Made by a program: the position numbers and the translations under genes. This document shows positions 21,759 through 33,400 of a DNA stretch of 64,000 bases, one piece after another. Source of the DNA: Klebsormidium nitens (Eukaryota > Plantae > Klebsormidiophyceae). Below the pieces are notes generated by a model, which worked only from the letters and a program-made list of their open reading frames with translations, did no database searches and was not told where the DNA came from. How positions within the stretch are numbered: position 1 is the stretch's first letter; the number at the start of each line of letters is the position of its first letter. The DNA is taken from positions 276,982-340,981 of the forward strand of contig DF236960.1 of the NCBI GenBank assembly GCA_000708835.1, in the 5' to 3' direction.

Positions 21759-24338
21759 ATGGCTACCTTGGGGAACGCCGTCACGAGCCGAAGAGCCAGC
21801 TTGGCTCTGCTCTCCGTTGCTCTGACCTTGAGTATCCTGGTAAGATTCCATCTCCTTTTCTGTTTCCTTTCCCTGTTCCGCGCCGGACACCCTCTTCCGT
21901 ATGATGGCAAAACTACTGCAAGTTATGGCTGGTCAGGAGGAATGCTGGGAGTTCAGCTTCGCGTTTGCTTCTGCTTTTTCGCTTTGGTAACAAGGTCACT
22001 CTGCCTTATGGCTGGTCAGTAGAAGCACTGGGAATCCATCTTTGAACCCAACCGTTGTTATGTGCTTCTCGTTTCTGAGCTTGTCAGTGCTGCATAAGCC
22101 CAACATGGCCGCGGAAGATCAGGGTGATTTCCCATCTTTGTCATTTGACCTGGAAACTTGGCAGACACGGCAAAGCCTCCAGTGTTGCAAAATCAAGCCT
22201 TGTCGTGAGCAACTTTTCAAGTGTCTTCGGGGGCGGAAATTCATGGGGTTTGAAGTCGTCTGGATTTGGTTGCTTGATGAAGGCGGCAGACTGGGTTGCT
22301 CGAAAAGGGCTGCCGACAGGTTCCGAGGACCTAGCAAAGCAAATCCCCGCTGGCGTGCTGAAACGCTCGTCAACCTGGAGGTACATGCAGTTCGGAAGCC
22401 CTCAGAGTATCAGAAGCAGTTTGGTTGCACGAGGGACTTCTCTTGCATTAGCACACCACATTTTTTTGGGAGCCATAGCTTGAGCTTAGGAAACCGCATA
22501 AAACCAAACGGTTTTGCTGATATTCCAGACAGAGTTTTGAGGAGTGACAAGCTGACTTCATCACTGAAGAACAGAGAGGTTGACCAATGATTATGAAAAA
22601 CGCCTGTGCCTTCAAAGCCGATAGATCCATCAGGGTACCTGGCCCTTAAAATTCATTGAATCGTACGACGAAGACAACTCCTCACACATCTTTTTAGGCT
22701 CAACTAAGGCGGCTGAATCTCAATTGTGGTTGGAATCAAAAGGGCGATGAAATAGGAGAGCGCTGAAACATAAAAACTTTTGCCTTGTTCGCGGGGGGTG
22801 TCCAACGCCCGAGTGATCCACCCCCCCGAAGCTCGGATCCGGCACCTGCTGACCGGCATAGAGAACCAGTGCTCTTCCTTCGAATGCTGCCTGGTTCAGT
22901 GCGTTCCGCCCCCCGCACCGGACGGAACTCCGGGCGGACGGTACTGCTGCCCCGTTGGGACCCAGTGCATGGGGGACGGAAGCTCACACATGTGCCAAGC
23001 CATCGGGGGCGCCGGCCTTCCTAGTGAGTCAGGATGTTAGAACCTGGTTGCTCGTCTCCAGGTTCAGTTTTAGAACCGGAGGCCTTGTTAAAACAAGCTA
23101 CGCGGATATGCCAGGCGATCACTGAGGGCTTTCGAGTACGTCAAATCAGAAACCGGTCGTTCATTTCTAGGGACTATTTGGATTCGGAATCACCTTTCTC
23201 ACAATGCAAGCTTCGCGCATGTGTTAGGCAGTTGGTCAGGGAGGCCTTCCGAATAAGTCCGCGCATGATCGGCAGCAGGTTTTATGTTCGAAAAGATGGT
23301 CTGCCTTCTAAGATAATCACGGGAGTTTCAAGGGGCGCTGCAGCCGGGCGTTTGCTTCTCTCAATGAATGTGGCTTTACGTTCTGGAACGTGGATGACAA
23401 AAGGTGTTGGGCTTTCAGTAACCCGGATTGGTGGGGACCATTTGTATCCGGTTTCGGATTCGACCTGGTCCAAGAGCATGAGCCTGCTGATCAGGAAGAC
23501 TTAGTCAAATAGAAATGCATAATCAGTTCTGCGAATTACTCCCTTTCAGCATCTGTGCATAGGCTTCGCTGCTAGCATACATTTTCTGGCCTGATCCGAA
23601 TGAGCTCTTCATTGAATGTGGTGTCTGTGGTCTTTTGCAGTCTCCCCGCTCACCTTGGAAGACGTAACAGTGCCAGCTGTCAACCAGTACACGACCGGAG
23701 ACCCGAACAGTGGGCCTAATCCGTGCAACTTCGATGGGGTAAGGCGCGAACGCGAGCACTGTTCTCGACTTTAAGTTCACTCGTAGAGGTCTGCTAAATG
23801 GTATATTGATATGACCAAGCTGTCGGAATCAAAGCTTTGTGTCACCCTGGCGCTCGTACACTCGCGCTCTTATCAGGATTCCACCGTTCGGATATTTGAT
23901 GACGGGTTCAGACGGGTTCAGAGAGTCAATAGTCTGTCCAACTCGTCATGAGACACCTTGGATAAAAGGTTCTGAATGGGCGCTTGCACGGGCGCTTGAA
24001 GCCGCTCGTCCGCCCTTTTTTCTGCATTCGACTCTCATATAGATATATTTTCCCTTTGTCGATGGTTTCTATCTGGTGCTGCGGCGGAGTGTCAAGGTTT
24101 GGCGAAGCGGCAGTCAGATCAGCCTCGTGTTAAGATGTTACAAAAGCTGCTGTTGTGCCAAGTCCACTGGCATCTCTGGCAAGAAGATGGTCATCCGAAC
24201 CCGCTTTCTTATGTTTGTCGCTTTCTTATCTCCGTGCAGAGAACGTGGTACTGCCCCGCTACGCTGAACTGTGGTCGGACATATCTGGACTGCCTTCCGT
24301 CGGATAACTACCAGGTTCTGGCTAACCAAGGATACTAA
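21759..24338 (+). CDS. Small secreted cysteine-rich protein (168 aa, 12 Cys), unknown function. The acceptor of exon 2 reads GG rather than AG
   Basis: Exons 21759-21839, 22795-23023, 23641-23738 and 24240-24338 (phases 0, 1, 0; total 507 nt). Product: MATLGNAVTSRRASLALLSVALTLSILGVSNARVIHPPEARIRHLLTGIENQCSSFECCLVQCVPPPAPDGTPGGRYCCPVGTQCMGDGSSHMCQAIGGAGLPISPLTLEDVTVPAVNQYTTGDPNSGPNPCNFDGRTWYCPATLNCGRTYLDCLPSDNYQVLANQGY*. Hydrophobic signal peptide with a plausible SNA|R cleavage site. Confidence 0.7.
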
Positions 24339-26624
24339 CCAGGTAAGGGGACCGGACACAAACCCGCCCGGGGGAGTGGATTTTATGGACTTGCTACTGC
24401 TTCGGAGAAGGCAGATCTGGCCCAAGTGGTGGGCACGAACCACAAATCAACCGGTGACAAGTTAGTGGGTTTTCTGCAATCCGGAACGAGAAGGGAATCA
24501 GCGCGTCCGCCGCGAATCAGATAATGCCCCGCCTGGACTATGGTTTTAAGAGATTGCTTCACCTCATCAATCCGGGGTTAACCAGAATTCTGATGGGAGC
24601 TAGCCGACGTTTACGTTCTGGGCTTACGAATGTCCTGTCTTAGATAAAGACCGCTTGTTCTGAGCTGTTTGCAGGCAAGGAAGATCCTTCGGAGCGACCA
24701 ATACAAGATGCTGGACGACAATCTAGTAATAAGTGCAAAGCAATAAAGCTGACACCGTTCTTCGCTTCTGTAGATATCTACAAGAGTACGTAAGGCTAGC
24801 CAGTTTCTGTCTTTGCCAGTGACCTCTGTTTGATAAACTCACAGGGACTTCTGTCAATCCTAGCATTTGACCAATAAATCAGCAATCACAGAGGGAGGCT
24901 TAGCGCCGTTACGTATATCCCCAGCATTTAGAATTTAGTTCCAAGCCCTTTGGCAAGACTTTGTAAGGTAATAAATGGGAGAATTCCGATTTGGGGGCGA
25001 GCTTAAAAAGACATCCCGCCTCTAGTTGCGCTCCCTGCCCCCTCTCGACGAGATAAAACCCTCTTTGAATCTCGCTTTTAGCAATACATTAGGGAATAAA
25101 ACGGGGGAGACGTTCGGTATCTCGGGGCGCCCCCCCCTTTACTTCGCAGCTTTTTTGGCAAGCTTCGTACAAACATAATAAGGAGAACTTCTCCGGAGGG
25201 CTTAGGTCCTCAGGGGACATGAGTAAAAATCTATGTTGTGGTAGCACCTGCTCAACTACACTCTGTTACCATTACTGGAGTTGCATTTACAGCCCGTTAC
25301 CAGGATAAGAGCCGGCTTAGATAGGACTTCTTGGAGCCGAATTGGAAAGAGTGTAGCATAGCAAGCCTTTGATCGATTCGGGCAAGACCCTTGTACCAGA
25401 AGCCCTTGTATCATAGCCAGCGTCCAATTACTAGTTCTCAAACTGTGCGCCCTCCGCCGTCCATCTCAGCACTGAGAAGTATAGTATGACATGTGCAGAA
25501 CTTCAGACATACGTCGCTGCATCCTTATACATGCAGTTGCACCGTAAAGCAATCAGACGGAATCTTTCATATACTATCTTTACACGTTTGAAGCTGAACT
25601 AATCATGACCTACCAGACTCGTCAGATGATTGAATGGTGCCATGCGGACAACGGACTAAAAGTTCAATCTACACTTACGACTATCTTAGTACGTACGTGT
25701 ACGTGGATGGTCAATCTGACTGGTAACGTTCTTCGCTTCAGCCAAACGCGGCAAGACGCGGACTGTGAAGCATCTGGGCGTCCTAGCTAGAGGAAACTTA
25801 AAGTCCGGCCTGATCTGCGAATGCTTCACAGGGCAACTATTTGGAGACTTATGTCCCTTGGAAGACCCCTCTAGCTATCTTCACGCCAGCTCCCTGGCAA
25901 CCATGCAAATCTAAGTACGGCGCGAATGTACATCTGTAAAATCTACACCAACCAGCCACCCAACAAAGGATGCAGAGCTCACCACCGCCATAATACACAC
26001 ACACTGTATTCTCTCCAAATCCCTAGAGCTCACACGAACGCCAGTATTAATCAAAGTGCCAACCGACCCCGCAACCCGCCGCGGTGAGCGTCGACACGTG
26101 GCTGAAGATCTGTTCTCCCCCTCTGTTTCCTGGGAGCGGCCCGTCATTGCAACCCGCTCCCCCGGATACCCCAAGTCTCTCAAGCCCCCCCACGGCGGGG
26201 ATCGACTCATTTTGAGTCTCTTGTTTCTTACTTTCACTACAGAGAGTTTCTCCTTACAAGCGTCCACGCAGTATTATTAGAGCGCAGATCATGGGCTCCA
26301 GGCTTCCTAACATCCTGACACATTAGCTCATGTATATCTGAGAAAGCCTTCGCGACTGCCAGGCTGTGGATGAGATTGCCCCGCCCCTGATTTGCCCGAC
26401 CGGAGCGCTAAGAACCGATGCACTTAACATGATCTCTTTTGAGCAAATGCATGATTTCCGACCCCTCCCGCCCACCAAAGCGACACTCGCTACTCGACCT
26501 CGTCCTCTTCCAGGTGCCTGCGAGACCGCCAGCGCCACCGACCCGCGCTCTTCTTCCGCCGCTCTAGTTCCTTGTGCGCTTCCTCCCTCGCCTGCTCGGC
26601 CTTCCGGCGCCCGTCCACGTCCGC

Positions 26625-27320
26625 CTGTACCGGCATGAGCCCAAACGTGCCACGCAACTCCGCAACACCAACCCGCCCCTGGAGAAAAAAGCGTTACAAT
26701 AGAAAAAACTTGGAGTCTTATTCTTTATCGTACTTCTGAGGGATTCATTTGATCCGAGAGCGTCCCAAACTGTGGTTCAGGCTGCACCGGCATAAACCCG
26801 AACGTGCTTCGCGAATCGGCAACGCCAACCCGCCCCTAGCCGAAGAAAAAACGCTACAATAAAAAAAACCTGGAGCATGATTCTTGATCGAACTTCTGAG
26901 GGATTAATTGTCTCCGAGAGCGTCACAAACTTTGGTTCAGGCTGCACAGCATGAACCCAAACGTGCCTTGTGAATCGGCAACGCCAACCGTACCAGCCCC
27001 TGCGGATGAAATAAAACTTTTAGTCTTCTTTGTGAAGGGTTGATGGGCTCCAAAATTCAAATAGATTTTGTGTCAGGGTGCACCGGCGTCGAAGCCAGCT
27101 CAACGTGCCCCGCACCTCGGCAACACCAACCCGCCCTGAAGACGAAAAGCTGGGAATCTTTGAGCACCGAAATGAAACCGTTGATCGCCTTTCTGGAGGA
27201 TTGATCGCTTTCGAGAACGTCACAAATTTTGGTTCGAGATGCACAGGCGTGAACTCAAATGTGCTCCGAAATCCGGCAAGCCAACCCGCCCCGGAAAGAG
27301 AAAAGCTGGGTTATAGTGAG
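26625..27320. repeat. Degenerate tandem repeat, ~157-bp unit, about 4.5 copies
   Basis: The motif GCACCGGCAT(G/A)A(A/G)CCC(A/G)AACGTGC..GGCAAC(A/G)CCAACCCGCCCC..GAGAGCGTC(A/C)CAAACT(T/G)TGGTTCAGGCTGCAC recurs at ~26630, ~26787, ~26945 (partial), ~27080 and ~27240. Confidence 0.8.
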
Positions 27321-27463
27321 AAAATTCCGAAATGAAACCTCATGATTGCCATCCTCGACGCTTTCTGGGCTTAAAGGAAGTTTTTTTTCCCTTTGGTATC
27401 AAGGGCGGGTAGGAGCCCTAGCATGGATTAGAAGGATGCCTCCCGTACCGGCGGTACCAACCA

Positions 27464-30400
27464 TTAACAACAAGACGAAAACAATTGGCTGAAAAAGCGC
27501 CCCAAATATCTCGACACCCTATACTTATCTCGTGATAGGTCGACAAGCGTGAAACCAGCAAGGAGATCCCAGGGCTGCAAGAAGTGCGAGAAGGCGAGGA
27601 AGAAAATCAATGCGTCATCGTCATAATAGACGAGCACGCGGTGCTCAACAGCCAATTAGCATGTGATCTTGAACAAGACGGTGCGCTGCCAGTCAAAGCA
27701 GAAGAGACCATACGATGGACTCGGAGGAATAGCGTACCGTGAAGCCGTGCATTCCCAGGTGGTCGAGGTGGCCCTTGTAGAAGCGCTTCCGCACGAACGG
27801 AATGCGGACGGAAAACAACACCGGAGTGCCGATCGCCTCCACTTTGGCGAGAATCGGGTACGAGTGTTTCGCGTCTTCCTCGTTGGGCCGGGCCACCGGG
27901 ACCTGCACGGGGCAGATTCGCAAGCAAATCAGAACTATACAAAACCTCCGGTACAGGAATAATTGAGCCATTCTTTTAACGTTGTTACATTTCCGGACAT
28001 GGATCCGCTGTGCTTGTTTTCAACACAGCGTCTGCCATTGGCAGAGAGTCAAGGAAAGCACCCTCAGTTGTTGGTCTACCGAAATTGACAAGACGCGATG
28101 ATCTATCCTGGCGGCTAAACGGCTAAGGCGTGGCGCAAATCGGCATCCGAATTTCAGTGGGCGTCGATCTGTGCTTGCGGGGCTCTATTGAAGAGCCAGA
28201 AAATACGGTCTCGGAAGTCACAGTCTAGCGAATGGCCAGCTGATGTTTCGCACTCTCGCTTTGCTACAGCGACACACTCTCTGTTTGTATTCGAATGATG
28301 TATGAAAGAGATCAAACCACCTGATTGCGGATCTTACCTGCGTCAAAGTCCCTTCGAGACGCAAGCTCGGCACGAGCCATCTGGGCACCCTCTTGATAGC
28401 CTTCCAGGTCTGACCCTTGACAAGGTACTTGGCGTGGCCGACCGACCCCCCGACCAAGTCGCACGCCGTTACTTTAGACCACACCGGGGGTGGAAGCACC
28501 TGCCCCGAGCGCCCTGTTTTACGCCCCCCCTTGGTGAAGTCGTGCGAGATCTCCTGCTTTGTCTGCCGGCTGGCGCGCGTGTGGGACTCAAGCGCGGCCA
28601 CTGGGGAGTTGCCCGGGAGAAAGTCTTCCACCACGTAGCCCTGCCACGTGTACCAATTACAGCAGTAAAGGAAAAGCGCAGTGGATCACCAGAGAACGGT
28701 TCAAGATCTCCTTAACGTTCAACTGGGGGTAGTTCAGGGCTCGTTATGGGCCGGTTAGAAAATCGTTATATGTCGGAAAACCGACTCGGGCGATGAGCAC
28801 GCTTCAAGAAACAAGGTAATAGCCCGGTGTTTTGCTCATTAGCCTCAGACTCAAGGTTCAGACTCATCCTGTTTAGCAGCCAATAGACGTTTTGAATGCT
28901 GGGACGGGTGGGGGTTGCTAGGGGGTCAGTAAGGCTGCGGGTGTGAGTGCACGAGGAGAGCGCGTCAACAACTGGTCTAGAGTCTTAGTCAGTTCAACGC
29001 TTATTTTCCCAAATCCTCGTACCTGCCACATGCCCATGAAGCGGTCGATGCTCAGGGGGCGATCCGAGGGGAGCCCATCGGAGGACACGTGTGCGTCCGG
29101 GGGCAGAATCCAACGGCGGCGGGGCTCGCTGATTGCCGCTTCCTGCTCGACGAAGTTCCACGGGTCTTGAGGGGGGCGCAGGAAATCCCTGTCTCCCCCT
29201 GGAATTGCAGAATTTGTTTTTGGTTGAGAAGTGGGACATATCGCAACATCACGCGCGTCGCTCGAAGCGCGTACGTTGGTCGCTCATTGGATCTTCCGGA
29301 GTTTACCATTCAACGTCCGAGGTGCCACATTTGGCTGGGCTGAACACCTTGGAGCAGCGGATTCCATCACGCTTGGCGGTTCAGTCACGAGAATTTTTGC
29401 AGGTGCTGATCCGTCAAAATCCGAATCTTGGGCAATGCAGTGGCGGCTTCAATCGCAGGAAACAATGGTAGAAATGTCTGGAGTATCCGCGAAGCCTCGT
29501 AACTGTTTGGAAAACACGAACGAAGCGGACCGTGATTGCCTACCTGCGTCCTCAGGAACGAACACGTAGTTTTCGCCTCTCTCCAGAAAGGTTTTGGGGT
29601 TCAGAACGGTACCGCTCTTCGTCTTTAAAACCCCTTTGCCAAACCCAGAAAGCTTCTGCAGGGCATCGAGCGCAGCTTTTGCGGACCGCGGCTGCACCAG
29701 CTGCGAGGTCACTCCGTCTTTGATGATCCGAGCGGGCTGATCAAGAGCGCCGTTCAACGCAAGCGGCGCATCTGGAGAGAGTACAAAAGTGTGTGTTGCA
29801 ACTCTTCTGTCTGGCGAATCCCCTTTGGGACAGCGAATTCACCGGCTACCTTTAACGATCGCCCATTCCAAAGGACCTCAAGCCGTTTGACGTCACCCGA
29901 ACGACCCAAAAACTGGCCGGTACGCTACCGCCTCTGGCCCCGCATTTTGAGTCCCCTTCGTCGTCTGGCCGCAGCAGGATACCGCTGCATTTCCCGTTTG
30001 CTCACGCCATGATTAGTTGAGTTTGGAAGCCTCGGTTGATATGCTGAACCCTGACGAATCCCTAATCTGAAGACACGCCTTTGCTTCCGCGCGTTTCTGT
30101 CAGCAGCAGAGACGTCTCAAGGCCTCCCCTCCGGATTTACCACTAGGTCGCCGTTTGAAGAACCAAGACGTGGATGCTAAATGCAAACAGAAATCCTCCT
30201 ATCCGGCCTTTCAATCTGTCGACATCAACGTGCGCGTGCAGTTTTTCCAGCAGCTTACTATCCAACACGTGCCTGATCCTGCCACTTACCTTCCGGGTCT
30301 TTTGTCGTTAGCGTCAGGTGCGCACACGAGTATTCCAGCTTTTCTTCGTGCAGGACTTCCTTGAGCATCTTGTTGTTGGGGAGAGGCAGCTTCGACCCGT

Positions 30401-33400
30401 GCCCCCTCTGTGCCATCACGAAAAGGCCGTCGCTGGGATCCAATTTCAGCATCTCTTTGATTTCTCCCCCCAGGTCCGTCAGGCGAACAGAGATTTTGGA
30501 TATTTCAGAGGCTTTCGGATCCCCGGCGATCGGTATCGGCGGGTCGACTGGGATGACGTGCAGATCGTCTGCGACGACGAGAAGGTGACGTTAGGAGTTG
30601 ATTCATTCCGGAGTCAGGACCTTTACTGCGTCCTTGGTTTTCAGTTATTCATTTACTTTGAGCAGCAGTGGACAGAACAAGAAGTGTGCTGACAGCAAGC
30701 CAAAGAAAATGGCTGTCCAAATTCGCAGGAGCTAGGAGGTAGGAAAAGTGGTTCATGTCTTCAAAGGGAAAGACTCTAGTTGGCATGCTCGTGTGCATGT
30801 CCCGTGGGACCAAACGCCCCAGATATCACTCTAGAACTAGAAGCAAGGAAGTTTGAGCGCTCAACAGGCATCATGTACTCTACTTTATTCTGGGTTCACA
30901 CAGAAAAAACCAGCATCAAAGCCTGGAGCTTCACTGTGATTGGCAGAGCGCCTGAGAGACATGATCAAGCATGCAAGACCAAAGCATGTTTGAAGTAACT
31001 CATGCCGAATGTCAAGGTCGAGATAACCTGCCAGATAACTAAGGCCGTTCAACATACCAAATCTGGGGAGTTCGTCAACCGGAGCCATGGTCCAGGTTCC
31101 CCCCTCCTGCGCAAACTCCAGCTCGTGCTGATTGGCATTTGGCAGGGCTGCCGCCACGGTCGGGCCCTTGTACATCCAGTAACCGTGCATCCCCAAGCGG
31201 TCCAAATGCCCCCGGTACAGCCACTCGTCATTCCCGGTGCTCGCCTGACTTTCCTGAACACGTACAACCAGTGCCAGATTTGTTCTCAAATCCTGATGGA
31301 CTTTGATTGCCTACAGAATTGGCGGATCAACGTTCAGTTTCGTGATTCACTCTTCAAACGGAATTCTGATGCGAAGGTCATCTCTTGAATCGACGAAAGT
31401 TTCTTATGTCGCGGAAATGTGGCAGTACGGGAGCTGAACGAACCCATCCACCTTGGCTCGGCCGATGATGGACTTACAAGCGTCACCCTCAGTTGCAAAC
31501 TGCGCTACTTTTCGCTCGAATGGACTGCCACACGACGGCACTCCGAGTTACAAGCTGGAGAAGATCAGCAATGGTGCGTTCATTAAGCAGGAAGCCGCCG
31601 GTTTTCACATCCTATCTGGCGTGTTAGTTTTCAGAAGCTATCATCAATTTTAAATATCCCGATTCGCCGATCAAATTTCTCAGGTCCCCATATCACCTTT
31701 TTCCCCTTGTCGTCCGGGCCAGCCTTGCTCCGGTCGGTCATCTGCAACGCATGCGTGTGATCGTTCCGACAGCTTGGCTTGCAAAAGCGGGTGAAACACC
31801 CGCCCGCGATTGGCGGCGGGTCATCCGCGTCGAGCCGTGTCGCGGCGTATTTGAGCGTGCTGGCGCCGTGCCAGTTGGCGCCGCGCGCGCTCTTGAGGTA
31901 GTGTTTCCGCATCTCCACGACGCCCAGGATCTCGTACGGGGTGTTCTTGCAGCGCCGGATCTTGTTTTCAAGCTGTGCGGAAAAAGAAAGACTTCAGAAG
32001 TACTTTGTATCTTGATTTGATGGGTTTTGGCATGCGATTTGTTGTCCTCAAAACGCATGCAACTCTTAGGGCAGGGTCGCAGAGCGCTTGTGGGGCACCT
32101 TTTAGCTAAGCTCGTTGAGAAAGGGATTAATCGAACTTGAACCACAATCGAAAACTGCTTTCAGAGTCCGCAATTGCCTTTGGAGAGGATTACCAGCGGC
32201 TGTCTGCTCCTGAGATCAGTTTCGTTACTTACTTCCTGAGGTTCAAGCACGGAAAATAGCGCTGCAGCTGTGGGACAAACGGACGCTCCCTGCCACAAAG
32301 CTCTTTACCCATGTCAAAATCGTAAAAAAGCAAGAGCAATCACGGTCTTTGATCGTTCTCCGGAGTGAAACCCTCTGAACAAGCTTGCCAACCTCAGGAC
32401 TGGTCCTATCAAATTGTCGCGCTACATTTCAGCCAGGCCGATGTCCCGCTCCATCACACAGATATAAGCACACCCATGATTGTCAATTCCCCGCCTTTAC
32501 TCACCTCAACGATGTCGCCCTCTATCATGAACTTTCCCTTATCGTCGTGACCGGTACCACTGATCTTCAGCTGGTGTAAATAGGCCGACTCGACGCCTGA
32601 CGTGGCTGCCGTGAAGCGCTCGACTTCTGGCCGGTGGATTTCCATTGTCAAAACGACTGCTCCGGGTATCTGTGTCAGGGATTTGTGCCACGTGTAACAG
32701 CCGTACCAGAACCCTTCAAGATCGTTGACCCAAGCCTCGCCGAGGCTCCGTCGGGGGCCTCTCTGCAACAAATAGAAACGAACCTGGAATCAGGAAACAC
32801 TTACAACAGGGCTTTTCAGTGCAGTGTAGCAGAAGTCCCACCAGAAATGTCTTACAGGAAAGCTTTCCAGCCCCGAAAGGTTCCCGTTCGATAATTATTC
32901 ATAAAAGCTCTCTCTACAGCATTCTTATGTCTTGCTAGGCTGGTTCTTTTTTAAGATCGATCATGAAAGAGTAATCGCTCGTGACTGCGACTTCCAGGGA
33001 TGGACACACCACCGCCTATTACGCGCGCACGGAGTTCAGTGATGCTTCGAGATCCATCACTGCTTGGATAGTTCCCGTACGCTGCACGGAAGCTGCCAAA
33101 CAGACACCTTCAATCCGACTTCTGAAAGCGTGAATAGACTTCTGAAAGCGTGAATAGAGACACGCTGTGATTGCAAAATTCGATTTTTATTGGACCCACA
33201 GCGACTAGCTTGAACCCTTTCAGCGTTAAAAGAGGAGGTTTTGATAAAGCTATGCACCAGAACTCGCACGCGAGCGTTGCACACACTAGGTGCTAATTAA
33301 AGAAAAAGGAGGGGAAAAAAAGGTGGGAGTCTCCAGCGGGTCATGTCTACAGGTAGTTCGGTTAATTCAGTTTGGCCTGGTTTAGAACGGTGTCAAAAAA

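Noticed and set aside
23034-23504. 156-aa ORF
   Set aside because: Lies in intron 2 of the Cys-rich gene, with no motif and no coding-like bias.
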